DNA of 63,918 nt, counting the filler. It is 4 parts of 4 records of this genome, joined end to end, with 100 filler letters (N's around TTAATTAATTAA, not from the genome) between each part and the next. Parts side by side here need not be neighbours in the genome. Positions count along the whole stretch, not along the records: positions 1 to 25,960 come from SRR31156797_186; 3 more parts are not named here. The stretch is one strand, 5' to 3'. The position numbers were made by a program, and so were the translations under genes. Below, piece by piece: positions 1 to 10,321 of the stretch. Position 1 is the first letter of the stretch, and each line of letters starts with the position of its first letter. The notes below the pieces were generated by a model. The model made no database searches. It was not told the DNA's origin and worked only from the letters and a program-made list of their open reading frames with translations.

Positions 1-65
1 CTGTACTCGAAACTAATTAAAACTTATATAAGTGTGGTGAAGTAAAAAAAGGAGGGAAGAGGAAC

Positions 66-1304
66 ATGAAAAGAGTTTTGTGGTTAATATCTATTCTGAT
101 GCTTTTTTTGTTTAGTATGAGCTATTCTGAAACGCAAGAACTTCAGGAAGCAACACCTTTTCAAATAATTGAAATAATGATTGAAGAGGGAGCTTATACT
201 CAGGCAGAAGAGATGTTTCAATTACTAAGTTCGTCAGAACAAGATAGCTTTAAGTACTATTATTTAATGGGGAAACTGGAAAAAGAGAAGGGCAACAATC
301 AGGAAGCTTTGAATTTTTATATGCAGGCGAGTGAAAAAGAACCTGCAAATATTGCTGTAAGGGTAGCAATATTAAAACTAAAAATTCAAAATAATGAAAA
401 ACCTAGTGAAATCAGAAAAGAGATTAAGTCAATTTTGGTTCTAGATCTTAAGACAGAAGACAGAGAAGCTATTGAGGAAATAGCAAAAGTTTATGAAGAA
501 AGCATTCAACAGAAAAATTATCTTCTTAGTTTTTCAACTGGTCTCGGAACAACAGATAATGTTTATGAAACAAAAGATGATAAAAAATCAGATGTATATG
601 CAGATACAAGATTAACAGTTGCGCATAAAATGTCGTTAGCAAATGAAATTAATCTGACTAGTTTTGCTTCATATGGAAATAAACTTTATTTTAGTGAATC
701 TGAAAAAACAAGTCATAATATCTATATTGGAACTGAGCCGGAAAAAGAGATATCTGACTGGGTATTATCGACACCTTTAACTTATAACACTAATTCAGAA
801 GATGGAGAGACAGTTTCAAGTGGTTTTTCTTTAGGACTAAAAGGAAAGCGAAAAATTTATGAAGATATGTTATTAACGACAGGATTAGATTTAATTAGTA
901 CTCAAAATGATCTAAGCGATTATGAGGGAACTTCTGTATTTCTATTTGCAAATGTAAATCTTAATGTAATGCAGGGAATTAATATAACTCCTGAGCTTAG
1001 CTTGGAAACTACAAGTTATGATGAGGATAGTGAAAATTACACGGCATTTGCAGCTAAAATCGGTGGAAAAAAACTTATTAGAGAAAAATATATGGTAAAT
1101 GCTTCATATAAAATTACATCAAAATCATACGATGATAGAAGTGATCTTAATCATAATCTAAACGCAAATATGGAAGCCGGACTTCTGGCGACTAAATGGA
1201 AATATATAGTTGGGTATAATATCAGAATGAATGATTCAGACTCAAGTTCAAATGAATATACTGTAAATAATTTGTCACTAAAAGTTAAAAGAGAATTTAA
1301 TTAG
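66..1304 (+). CDS. TPR + C-terminal outer-membrane beta-barrel protein (Slam/DUF560-like architecture), cassette 1
   Basis: Signal peptide; TPR-like helices (YYYLMGKLEKEKGNNQEALNFYMQA); about 260 aa of alternating amphipathic strands ending LSLKVKREFN; paralog of 4708 and 14294. Confidence 0.75.
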   Translation: MKRVLWLISILMLFLFSMSYSETQELQEATPFQIIEIMIEEGAYTQAEEMFQLLSSSEQDSFKYYYLMGKLEKEKGNNQEALNFYMQASEKEPANIAVRVAILKLKIQNNEKPSEIRKEIKSILVLDLKTEDREAIEEIAKVYEESIQQKNYLLSFSTGLGTTDNVYETKDDKKSDVYADTRLTVAHKMSLANEINLTSFASYGNKLYFSESEKTSHNIYIGTEPEKEISDWVLSTPLTYNTNSEDGETVSSGFSLGLKGKRKIYEDMLLTTGLDLISTQNDLSDYEGTSVFLFANVNLNVMQGINITPELSLETTSYDEDSENYTAFAAKIGGKKLIREKYMVNASYKITSKSYDDRSDLNHNLNANMEAGLLATKWKYIVGYNIRMNDSDSSSNEYTVNNLSLKVKREFN

Positions 1305-1316
1305 GAGGTGTGATTA

Positions 1317-2294
1317 ATGAAAAAACTAGTATTATTGATGCTTATATTGATATTTACTTTATCATCATTTGCAGCCTCTGAATTGGATTCGTTATTAAAA
1401 GATGATTCAGAAGCTTTTGATGAACTGTTATTAGATGAAAATGGTAATGCTGCAAAGGATGTTTTGGTTGAAGAGTTAATAGGTCAGGCATTTTTGCAAC
1501 ACGATAGTTCAGATAAGTGGCTTCAAATAATTGAAAAAACTATAATTAAAGAAAAAGATACTGTAATAACAATGGAAAATTCATCAATGAGAGTCAGAAT
1601 GGAAGACGAAACATTTATAAATGTAGGTTCAAGAACTAAACTTTACTTTGAAACTCTTAGAGGAAAACCGGAAGAGGAGCTTATAAGTGAAACGGGACTT
1701 AAGCTTGCTTGGGGAAAAGTATTTTCTAATGTAAGAAAAAAACTTGAAAGTGGTGGAAAATATGAAGTAGAAGCCGGAGGTATAGTTGCCGGTGTAAGAG
1801 GGACACAGTACTTAACTTCATTAACAAAAGTAGGAGAAGTAAGTGTTAAAGTTTATGAAGGGAATGTATTTGTTGTACCTGTAGAAGTGCATAGAGCCAG
1901 AGAAGCTGCAAAGAAAAAAGCTGCATCAGAGTCAACAACAGAAACGACAACAACAGAGACTGAAACAGAAGTAGTAGAGACAACTGAAGAAGTTGTTGTA
2001 GAAGCTAATGAGGAAATAAGTGTTTCTGAGACAGGTATAATAAGTGAGATAACAATTCATAATGAAACTGCTCCTGTTAGTCTGGAAACAGGAAATGACA
2101 TTACTGAAGAGATAAAAGAGATAAAAGAGGAAACAAAAGATAAAGAGGTTTCAACAGAAGAGAAGAAAGAAAGTTCGACTGAAGATAATGAATTATTAGA
2201 AACAGTAACAGATGTAGAGCAGCAAGCAACTTCAACTGTCGAAGAGGTTGATACATCAAGTTCAGGTGTAGATGTGAAAGTAAATATAAGATAA
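1317..2294 (+). CDS. Secreted FecR-domain protein with acidic linkers, cassette 1
   Basis: Signal peptide ending SSFA; FecR motifs (DTVITMENS, AGVRGT, VKVYEGNV); E/T-rich linkers; C-terminus GVDVKVNIR; RBS AGGAGG. Confidence 0.85.
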   Translation: MKKLVLLMLILIFTLSSFAASELDSLLKDDSEAFDELLLDENGNAAKDVLVEELIGQAFLQHDSSDKWLQIIEKTIIKEKDTVITMENSSMRVRMEDETFINVGSRTKLYFETLRGKPEEELISETGLKLAWGKVFSNVRKKLESGGKYEVEAGGIVAGVRGTQYLTSLTKVGEVSVKVYEGNVFVVPVEVHRAREAAKKKAASESTTETTTTETETEVVETTEEVVVEANEEISVSETGIISEITIHNETAPVSLETGNDITEEIKEIKEETKDKEVSTEEKKESSTEDNELLETVTDVEQQATSTVEEVDTSSSGVDVKVNIR

Positions 2295-2345
2295 TATCAA
2301 ATAGTTTTTAACTATAATCGTAAAAAATTAAGGGGTGAATAATAA

Positions 2346-3668
2346 ATGTTTAAGAGAGTTAAGGCAATAATAATTTTAACTACCTTAGTGTTTTTACTAA
2401 CGTCTTGTTTTACTGAGCACATAGCAAACACTAAGGATAATATAGGAAGTTTAGTTGTAGCAGGAAAATGGCCTGCCAGTACAAGTTCTGTATCAAGCTC
2501 TGTTAGTAAGGGTATTCATGCTGACACAGCTACAATAGTACTTTCAATGGAACAAGTAGACGGTTCAGGATCAGTTAGTGAAACAATAACTAAAAGTTCC
2601 GGTGATGAAACTTTTGAAGTAGTAATAGAGGGACTTGCGGTAGGAGAGTGGAAAGTAACTCTTACAGCTAAAGATTCCGGAGGAACTACACTCACTACTG
2701 CATCAAAAACAGTCACAATAACTGCTGAAACTACGGCGTTTAATGCAGTATTTGGACCTGCAACATATGCAGAACTGTTTTTGCCTGCTTCATACGCAAG
2801 TATGGCGGGAGATTATACAGAATACTATGAAGTGTTAGCTTCTTTAGGGATTTCGCAGCGTGTAATTACCGGATATTTTAGTGTATCAGATCCTTTAGGC
2901 TGTTATTACGAATGGGATAATACTCATCAATGTGTTAATAATGCTGGGGCAGGAACTCATACTTATGTGTATAACACAAACAACAAAGTTGCTTCAAGTT
3001 CGAAAGATGGATCAGATGTTTACGAGTTAGGATATAATTCAGATTCAAGAGTAGCTTCGTATAATGATTTGACTGGAAATTATGTAAGTAATACAGCAAC
3101 AGTTTTATATACTGATGAAGGACTTTTGGAACAAATAACAAAAAGTAATAGCTATGAATCAGGGTCTTCTTCTTCAACAGGAACAGATGTTTATAGTTAT
3201 ACATATCAAGACGGAAATCTAATTAAATTAGTCAAAACACAAACATCAACTTCTACTTATGAAGGGGAAACAACGACATATCAATATAGAGATGAATATA
3301 CTTACACTTGGTCAAATGGGGAAGTTGTTGAAATGACAGGAAAAAAATATCAAATCAGTGGCGGTGAAGAAACATTAACAACGTCATTTAAAAGAGCATT
3401 TGTATCAAACACTGGAGGAGTACTTACTTGGCAGGAAACTCAATATAACACATCTGATGATAGTGTTTATAATCAATGGAATTTGGTATACACAGATAGT
3501 GGTGAAGATGGTACTATTGATTCACTTGTAAGAACACAAACGACTAGTGCAGGAACAGAAATAACTGCTACAACAGTATATCAAATTGATTTTACATATG
3601 AAGATGGAAAAGTATCGCAGGTATCATATAACTCTGGTTCTTGTACAGAAGCTCTAACGTATAGATAA
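2346..3668 (+). CDS. Lipoprotein Lp1: N-terminal Ig/pilin-like domain + YD-like beta-rich domain
   Basis: Lipobox LTSC; GKWP...SKGIH; GPATYAELFLP motif shared with paralogs; YxY repeats. Confidence 0.8.
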   Translation: MFKRVKAIIILTTLVFLLTSCFTEHIANTKDNIGSLVVAGKWPASTSSVSSSVSKGIHADTATIVLSMEQVDGSGSVSETITKSSGDETFEVVIEGLAVGEWKVTLTAKDSGGTTLTTASKTVTITAETTAFNAVFGPATYAELFLPASYASMAGDYTEYYEVLASLGISQRVITGYFSVSDPLGCYYEWDNTHQCVNNAGAGTHTYVYNTNNKVASSSKDGSDVYELGYNSDSRVASYNDLTGNYVSNTATVLYTDEGLLEQITKSNSYESGSSSSTGTDVYSYTYQDGNLIKLVKTQTSTSTYEGETTTYQYRDEYTYTWSNGEVVEMTGKKYQISGGEETLTTSFKRAFVSNTGGVLTWQETQYNTSDDSVYNQWNLVYTDSGEDGTIDSLVRTQTTSAGTEITATTVYQIDFTYEDGKVSQVSYNSGSCTEALTYR

Positions 3669-3702
3669 AAAATAAAAAGGAATCTAATTCGAGGTGTTTA
3701 CT

Positions 3703-4458
3703 ATGAGGAAATTAGTAATAATATTGTTTTTAATATGTTTTTCGATTTTTTCATTTTCAGCTTCAGAATTAGATTCCTTATTACAGGATGATAATGAAAC
3801 TTTTGATGAACTGACAGCAGAAAAAGAAGCTTTAGTACCCAAAGAGGTATTTGTAGAGGAGTTAAGCGGAGAGGCCTTTGTCCAAAGAGAGGGCAGTACA
3901 AAATGGTTGCAGTTGATAGAAAAATCTTCGATTCAAGAAAAAGATACAGTTATTACTATGGAAAAAAGCAGTTTGAAAATTAGAATGGAAAAAGAGGTAT
4001 ATATAAATATTGGTGAAAAAACCAAACTTTATTTTGACACTTTGAAGGGAAAACCTGAGAGTGAAGTATTGATAGAGACTGGTTTGAAGCTTGCTTTTGG
4101 GAAAGTTTTTTCTAATGTAAGAAAAAAGCTGGAAATAGGCGGTAGATATGAGATAGAAGCCGGAAGTATAGTTGCCGGTGTAAGAGGCACACAATATTTG
4201 GCTCGTTTAAACAAAGAGGGCGAGATAAATGTAAAAGTGTATGAAGGAAGAGTATATTGTAGATTTATAGATGAAAAAGGGGAGACGATTAAAAAGAAAA
4301 AAACAGAAGATGCAGAAGAAGTTTCAGAGGTTGTATTGGGAGCAAATGAAGAGTTTACTATCGTAGAGGGAGATACAGGTTGGCTTAAAATCCCGCATAG
4401 TGAAACGGCACCAATTGATCATAATAAAATAAACAAAACTTCTGATGAGCTTTATTAA
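3703..4458 (+). CDS. Short secreted FecR-domain protein lacking the C-terminal acidic tail
   Basis: ATG 3703 follows RBS GAGGTG (ORF track starts at GTG 3694); ASELDSLL, AGVRGT and VKVYEGRV motifs. Confidence 0.85.
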   Translation: MRKLVIILFLICFSIFSFSASELDSLLQDDNETFDELTAEKEALVPKEVFVEELSGEAFVQREGSTKWLQLIEKSSIQEKDTVITMEKSSLKIRMEKEVYINIGEKTKLYFDTLKGKPESEVLIETGLKLAFGKVFSNVRKKLEIGGRYEIEAGSIVAGVRGTQYLARLNKEGEINVKVYEGRVYCRFIDEKGETIKKKKTEDAEEVSEVVLGANEEFTIVEGDTGWLKIPHSETAPIDHNKINKTSDELY

Positions 4459-4558
4459 AATATTAAGTAAAAGAGAATTATAAATAAGAAAAAGCTGATA
4501 TTAACAAAATAGTGTAAATATTAATTACAACTAATAGTGAAAGAGCAGCGATATGGAG

Positions 4559-4588
4559 ATGCTGGAATATAATTTCCAGTATTTTTTT
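4559..4588 (+). terminator. Rho-independent terminator after cassette 1
   Basis: ATGCTGGAA-TATAAT-TTCCAGTAT hairpin followed by a T run. Confidence 0.7.
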
Positions 4589-4707
4589 GTTTTTTATGAT
4601 ATTAAAATTTTTTTTAATATTTTTTACGCAAAGTCAAATTAAGGGATTTTTTAGAACAAATCAAAATACTCTGTTTTCTTTGACTTAAAAAATATACAAG
4701 GAGGTAA

Positions 4708-5955
4708 ATGATGAAAAAGAAAAAGATACTTCTAATGTTTCTAGTATCTTTGTGCATAAGCTCGTTTTTTAATTTGCTTTATGCAGAAGATGGCTTGAAA
4801 GAAGCTACTCCAATGCAATTCATTGCAATTTTAATTGAAAATGATGCATTGGATACAGCTGAGGAATTACTGGATTCTTTGACCAGAAAGGAAAAAAAGA
4901 CTTATGAATATTTTTATCTTTCGGCCAAATTAGAAGAGGGAAGAGAGGATAATGATAAAGCAATTAAATTTTATCAAAAAGCTTGGGAAAAGGATAAGGA
5001 GAATTTAGTTCCAAGGTTAAATATTCTTTCAATTTATATCAGGGATAAAAAATACAAGAAAAAGATAAAAAAAGAGTTGAAAACAATTTCCAAATTAGAC
5101 ATGACAGAGGATGAGAGAAAAGAGTTTGAAACATTAAAAGAATTATTTGAAGAAGAAAAACAAAAAAATTATATGTTAAGTTTAGTTATTGGAGCAACTG
5201 CTACAGATAATGTAAATAGTACTAAGGAAGATCTGGAATCAGACACAATAGCAAATTTAAACTTAGCTTTTGCACATCAAAAAATAACAGAAAATAAATT
5301 AGTGCTAATAAGTTTTGTATCATATTCAAACTCTACTTATAGTACATTTTCTGAGAATAGTTCAAATACATTTGTTGCTGGATTTGAACCTGGAAAGAAT
5401 TTTAAATCTTGGCAGGTATCAGCTCCTTTGGTAGTAAACTATACTTTAGAAGATGGTGAAGAAAGCTCAAAAGGTTATTCGTTTGGCTTAGGACTAAATA
5501 AAATATTTAAAAACCAAGCAAATATTGGTTTAGGAACTGATATTATTTATACTGACAATGTAGCTTCAGAATATAAGGGGAACTTATTAGCTTATTATTT
5601 AGAATTTGGTTTTAAGGCCAAATCGGGCAGAGGGTATAGCCTGATTGTAGATGCTGAATCAACGGATTATGATTTGGAAAGTGAAAATTATTCCGGACTT
5701 GGTGGAACTATTTCAACAGACAAATTATATGCTGAAAAATACTTAACTTCTCTTAGTTATAGTGTACTTCAAAAGGATTATGATATTGATAGAGAGGATT
5801 TGAATCATATAATTGATGCAGATTTAAAGGCAAATGTATTTAAAACTAAATGGAAATATATTTTAGCTTATAGTTATATAATGAATGATTCAAATTCAGA
5901 AGATTATGAATATACAACAAATGAGATATCACTAAAACTTAAAAGAGATTTCTAA
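4708..5955 (+). CDS. TPR + outer-membrane beta-barrel protein, cassette 2
   Basis: Signal peptide ending LYA; TPR helices; amphipathic strands; terminal Phe (SLKLKRDF); start may be ATG 4711 given AGGAGG spacing. Confidence 0.78.
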   Translation: MMKKKKILLMFLVSLCISSFFNLLYAEDGLKEATPMQFIAILIENDALDTAEELLDSLTRKEKKTYEYFYLSAKLEEGREDNDKAIKFYQKAWEKDKENLVPRLNILSIYIRDKKYKKKIKKELKTISKLDMTEDERKEFETLKELFEEEKQKNYMLSLVIGATATDNVNSTKEDLESDTIANLNLAFAHQKITENKLVLISFVSYSNSTYSTFSENSSNTFVAGFEPGKNFKSWQVSAPLVVNYTLEDGEESSKGYSFGLGLNKIFKNQANIGLGTDIIYTDNVASEYKGNLLAYYLEFGFKAKSGRGYSLIVDAESTDYDLESENYSGLGGTISTDKLYAEKYLTSLSYSVLQKDYDIDREDLNHIIDADLKANVFKTKWKYILAYSYIMNDSNSEDYEYTTNEISLKLKRDF

Positions 5956-5967
5956 GGAGGTGGAAAA

Positions 5968-7290
5968 ATGAAAAAAATATTTTTAATACTTTTAATAATA
6001 ATTTTAAATCTAACTTCATTTGCAGCCTCTGAATTAGATAGTTTATTACAAGATGACGAGGATGTATTTAGTGAATTAGTAAGTGATGATGATTCCTTGG
6101 AAGCAAAAGAAGCGTATGTAGAGGAACTAATAGGTCAGGCTTTCGTACAACGAGAAGAGGCAGAGAAATGGTTTCAGATAGTAAAAGATACTGCGATAAA
6201 AGAAAAAGATACAGTGCTGACGATGGAAAATTCAAGTATGAAAATCAGAATGGAAGATGAAACATATATTAATGTAGGTGCTAAATCAAAACTTTATTTT
6301 GCAACTATGAGAGGTAAACCGGAAACAGAGCTTATGACAGAGACGGGACTTAAGCTTGCTTTTGGAAAAGTGTTCTCCAATGTAAGAAAGAAACTTGAAA
6401 AAGGTGGACGTTATGAAATAGAAGTCGGAAGTGTGGTTGCCGGTGTAAGAGGAACGCAGTATGATGTTAGTATAGATAAAAAAAAGGAAGTAAAAATTAA
6501 GGTATATGAAGGAAAAGTAATTGTATTACCAACAGAAATATATATTCAACAACGAGAAGCTGAAAAGAAAAAAGAAGAAGAGGAGAAGCAAGAAGAGGCA
6601 GCAGCTGAGGACAGCGACGATGATACAAGTGAAGATGATGGAGAAAATGCGGCAACTGATGAGAGCGAAGAAGATACTGACGAATCTGTAGAAGAAGACA
6701 CTTCGGAAGAAACAGATGAACAAACTACTGAAGAACAAGCCTCAGCAGAGGAAGCTAAAGCAGAAGAAACACCTGAGGAAAAACTTCCCGAGGAACAACC
6801 AATCCTGATAGAGGAAACTGTAGCAAATGAGGAAGCTGTGGAAATAGCTGTAGAGACTCAGTCTGAAACTCTTGCATTTGAAACAGAGGGTATAGTAGTA
6901 AATGCTAATGAGGAAATAAATGTCGAAATATCAGGTTCAATTGGAGATATAGTTGTGCATAATGATGTTGCTCCAACTCAAATAGTTCAAAAAACTGCGG
7001 TTCAAGAGCAGATAGAAGTGATAAAAGAGGAAGCAGCTGAAGTTTTAAAGATAACGCCGGAAGAACTTAAAAAGAAAAAAGAAGAAGCTTCTGCGGAAGA
7101 AGAAAGTGAAGAAGAACAAACTGAAGAGGAAAAACAGGATGAAGAAACTCAGGCAGTTTCAGAAGAGACTTTAATAGACCAACAACTTGATCTTGAAACA
7201 GTAATTGAGGATCTGGTGACTCCTCAAGATATACCTGAAACTGTGGTTACTGAAACACCAAGAGGAAATATATCAGTTAAAGTTAAATAG
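5968..7290 (+). CDS. Secreted FecR-domain protein with long acidic linkers, cassette 2
   Basis: Signal peptide ending TSFA; ASELDSLL; AGVRGT; E/D-rich insert; C-terminus RGNISVKVK. Confidence 0.85.
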   Translation: MKKIFLILLIIILNLTSFAASELDSLLQDDEDVFSELVSDDDSLEAKEAYVEELIGQAFVQREEAEKWFQIVKDTAIKEKDTVLTMENSSMKIRMEDETYINVGAKSKLYFATMRGKPETELMTETGLKLAFGKVFSNVRKKLEKGGRYEIEVGSVVAGVRGTQYDVSIDKKKEVKIKVYEGKVIVLPTEIYIQQREAEKKKEEEEKQEEAAAEDSDDDTSEDDGENAATDESEEDTDESVEEDTSEETDEQTTEEQASAEEAKAEETPEEKLPEEQPILIEETVANEEAVEIAVETQSETLAFETEGIVVNANEEINVEISGSIGDIVVHNDVAPTQIVQKTAVQEQIEVIKEEAAEVLKITPEELKKKKEEASAEEESEEEQTEEEKQDEETQAVSEETLIDQQLDLETVIEDLVTPQDIPETVVTETPRGNISVKVK

Positions 7291-7314
7291 AGGGATGAAC
7301 GGAGGTGTAGATAA

Positions 7315-8844
7315 ATGAAGCGAGTATTTACATTGCTACTAACATTATTAATATTAGTAATGTTACTCCCGGGTTGTATAGGGGAGAAGATAGCAAATAC
7401 AGATAAAAGTGTTGGAATGGTTAGTTTTTCCGGAACTTGGCCGGAAAACACCTGGAATGAAGATAGTGAAGATTCAGAAGTTTCAAAATCCATTTACTCT
7501 GAAACAGGATCAATAACTTTGATTTTGACTAATGGAACAGTTACCAGAACTAAAACAGTTTCAAGGAGTTCGTCTCAAGAAGAGTTTACTATTAGTTTTT
7601 TAGAAGTGCTGGTGGGAGCGTGGACTCTGACACTTGAAATATATGACCTGACAGGAGAAAAAGTTGGCTCAAAATCACAAACTATTAATGTAATAGAGGG
7701 TGATAATTCTGTTAGTATAGTTATGCTGCCGACGGATTACACTATAGGCCCGGCTAACTATGCGGAACTATTTTTACCGGATTCATTCCCAAGATGGATT
7801 GGCTCGATATCATATCATTATGAGATGATGGGATATCTTGATGTGGATGAGATAGAAGTAGGATTAGCTGACGCATATGTTGATACAGATAATAACAGCT
7901 ATTTTTATAAAGGACAAGTGTACTATTGGGGTTGGGTTAATAATCTAAGTGAAGGTGACTCTAGCTCATCGGAAAGTTCTATATATGTTGGAGATGTAGC
8001 AACAGGATCCGGAATAGTTGCTACAATGGATTATACTTACACGGGAGAAATGGTTACATCAGCTGCATATGAGAATACTGCAAGTTTTACTCAAACAGCT
8101 TCAATTACTTATACTGATGCAGGAAGAATAGATACAATGACCGAAACAGTTGGTACTACATCTTCATCGATTACTTTTGCTTATTCCGGAGGAAATGTTT
8201 CATCAGTTTATTTTGAAGGATCTGATGAGCCCTATAGCTTAAACTATTGGTCTGAATCAGTTAGTAAGCTTGAATCAGATACTGAAGCAGATAATAATGG
8301 AAATGTTCAGAGAGAGAATTCTTATACATGGAATAGTTCAAATTCAGAGCAACTTCAGCAATCAGTAATGACCGAATATGATGTAAATGATGAAGACGGA
8401 GATAACAATATTACAGAGAAGCGTTATGAATATGTGACTGATTGTACATATAATTCGAGTGATCAACTTACTCAGGCTGTTAGAACAGGAACATCTTATT
8501 TGGACGATTCTTCTGATTGGCAGCATACTTTTGAATATGTTTATGATTCAACAACAGGTGTAATTGACTACTTTACAATGTCAGAAGAAGAAGAGGAACC
8601 GGACAGTTCATCTGACTATAATAATAATGACACTCAAGATAAGTATACAACTAAAAAAGTTACAGTAGATTTTGAATATGATTCATCGAACAGGGTAGTA
8701 AGAGTGGATTATATATTAGATGACTATTCATATGCATATAATGAAGGAGAATATGATTTAACAACGAGCAGTGAAACAATGTTTTATGAATTAATTAGTT
8801 ATGTAGAAGATGCTGCAACTGAAGTAGTCGTTGAAATCAAATAG
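7315..8844 (+). CDS. Lipoprotein Lp2 (Ig/pilin-like + YD-like beta domain)
   Basis: Lipobox LPGC; GTWP...SKSIY; GPANYAELFLP; ends ATEVVVEIK. Confidence 0.8.
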   Translation: MKRVFTLLLTLLILVMLLPGCIGEKIANTDKSVGMVSFSGTWPENTWNEDSEDSEVSKSIYSETGSITLILTNGTVTRTKTVSRSSSQEEFTISFLEVLVGAWTLTLEIYDLTGEKVGSKSQTINVIEGDNSVSIVMLPTDYTIGPANYAELFLPDSFPRWIGSISYHYEMMGYLDVDEIEVGLADAYVDTDNNSYFYKGQVYYWGWVNNLSEGDSSSSESSIYVGDVATGSGIVATMDYTYTGEMVTSAAYENTASFTQTASITYTDAGRIDTMTETVGTTSSSITFAYSGGNVSSVYFEGSDEPYSLNYWSESVSKLESDTEADNNGNVQRENSYTWNSSNSEQLQQSVMTEYDVNDEDGDNNITEKRYEYVTDCTYNSSDQLTQAVRTGTSYLDDSSDWQHTFEYVYDSTTGVIDYFTMSEEEEEPDSSSDYNNNDTQDKYTTKKVTVDFEYDSSNRVVRVDYILDDYSYAYNEGEYDLTTSSETMFYELISYVEDAATEVVVEIK

Positions 8845-8857
8845 GGAGGTGATTTGA

Positions 8858-10312
8858 ATGAAGAGAGTTATAATATTAATATCGTTACTATTATTAATGC
8901 TAATAGGATGTATAAAAAATGATAATGTGTCGGAAATATCTGATAATAGCACTCAAACAGGAGAAGCATTCTTTTCAGGCAAATGGCCTGCTGATGGGAT
9001 AGTAAATGGAGAGAGTAATTCTAAATTTATACATTATGAAACAATAGAAATGAACGTTATATTCACAAAAGGTGATGAGAAAAGAACGATATCATTTAAA
9101 AAATACTCAACAGAGACTACATTTAGTGGTTCACTAAAAGGTCTGGCAGTTGGAACCTGGGGTGTGGAAGTTGTACTGAGTAGTTCAGATGAAACTCTCG
9201 GGACTAAAACTCAGAGTATAAGTATAGTTGAGGGAGTTAATAATGTTACTTTCCTATTTTCACAGCATGATTATGATATAGGGCCTAAAAATTTTGCTGA
9301 GTATTTTAAAGAAAATTATATTCCTAAATATGCAGTCGGTTTCTTAAGAGCATTAGGGATTGCATACCTAAAAATAGAGAAAATAGAGGTTGGATTAAGT
9401 GACGGCTTAAAATCTTATGAAACTTTCTTACCAATGATAGTAATGCCTGAACTGAAAGAAACAGATTCAGGTGTTGCTACAGGAAGCGCAATAATTGGAA
9501 CGCTGACATATACATATGATACAGGTAATCAGATAACGGGAGTTAATTATGTAAATGATACCGGTTTTACATCAAACACAGTGATAACTTATGATTCTGA
9601 TTATGCTATCCAAGGTGAAGAAACAACAGTAAATACAACTAGTTCAGCATTTAATATGACTTATTCTTATACAAATGGGATGATAACAGAGATTGAAACT
9701 CCGGGAGATACAATTAATTTAGAATATACTGACGGAAAGATTACTACAATTACGGAAAAATCAGATGGTAATTCAGTAACTACATCTGAACAAGTTTATA
9801 CTTATGATAGCTCAAGTGGTGAAGTAGCTGGATTAGTTGAAACAAGATATGATTCCAATGACGACGATAGTGATACTGATACAACGGAACTAGCGTACAT
9901 TAGAACATATACTTTTGATAATTCAACAGCAACTCCTTCTGCTATTCAGGTAGTTGAGGCAGATCATCTGTTTAATTCAGGTGCTAGCCAAACTGCTGAA
10001 AATTATAATTATAGATATTCCAGCTCAACAGGTTATCTTGAGGAGATAACATACGAGCATTATTCTAGTGAAAGCGGAACAGACTATGATAATGATACGA
10101 ATAGTAACGGAGTGTATGTTGATAAAGGAGAGAGGATAGTTTTCCATTACTCTGGAGAAAATGTTATACAAGTTGATTTTTATAAGTTAACTTATGACTA
10201 TGTTTATGCTTCTACAAATTATGAACAGTATATATTTGAGGAACTGGTTTCCTATATGAAATTATCTTATAGTGAAGAAACAACAACTGATATTGTTGTT
10301 GAAATAAGGTAG
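8858..10312 (+). CDS. Lipoprotein Lp3 (Ig/pilin-like + YD-like beta domain)
   Basis: Lipobox LIGC; GKWP...SKFIHYET; GPKNFAEYF; ends TTDIVVEIR. Confidence 0.8.
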   Translation: MKRVIILISLLLLMLIGCIKNDNVSEISDNSTQTGEAFFSGKWPADGIVNGESNSKFIHYETIEMNVIFTKGDEKRTISFKKYSTETTFSGSLKGLAVGTWGVEVVLSSSDETLGTKTQSISIVEGVNNVTFLFSQHDYDIGPKNFAEYFKENYIPKYAVGFLRALGIAYLKIEKIEVGLSDGLKSYETFLPMIVMPELKETDSGVATGSAIIGTLTYTYDTGNQITGVNYVNDTGFTSNTVITYDSDYAIQGEETTVNTTSSAFNMTYSYTNGMITEIETPGDTINLEYTDGKITTITEKSDGNSVTTSEQVYTYDSSSGEVAGLVETRYDSNDDDSDTDTTELAYIRTYTFDNSTATPSAIQVVEADHLFNSGASQTAENYNYRYSSSTGYLEEITYEHYSSESGTDYDNDTNSNGVYVDKGERIVFHYSGENVIQVDFYKLTYDYVYASTNYEQYIFEELVSYMKLSYSEETTTDIVVEIR

Positions 10313-10321
10313 GTGATGACA

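Noticed and set aside
4625-4690. ACGCAAAG suggesting a c-di-GMP-I riboswitch; AAGTCAAA/TTTGACTT inverted repeat
   Set aside because: The upstream GGCAAAC/GNRA stem is absent, and an 8-bp repeat in AT-rich DNA is weak evidence
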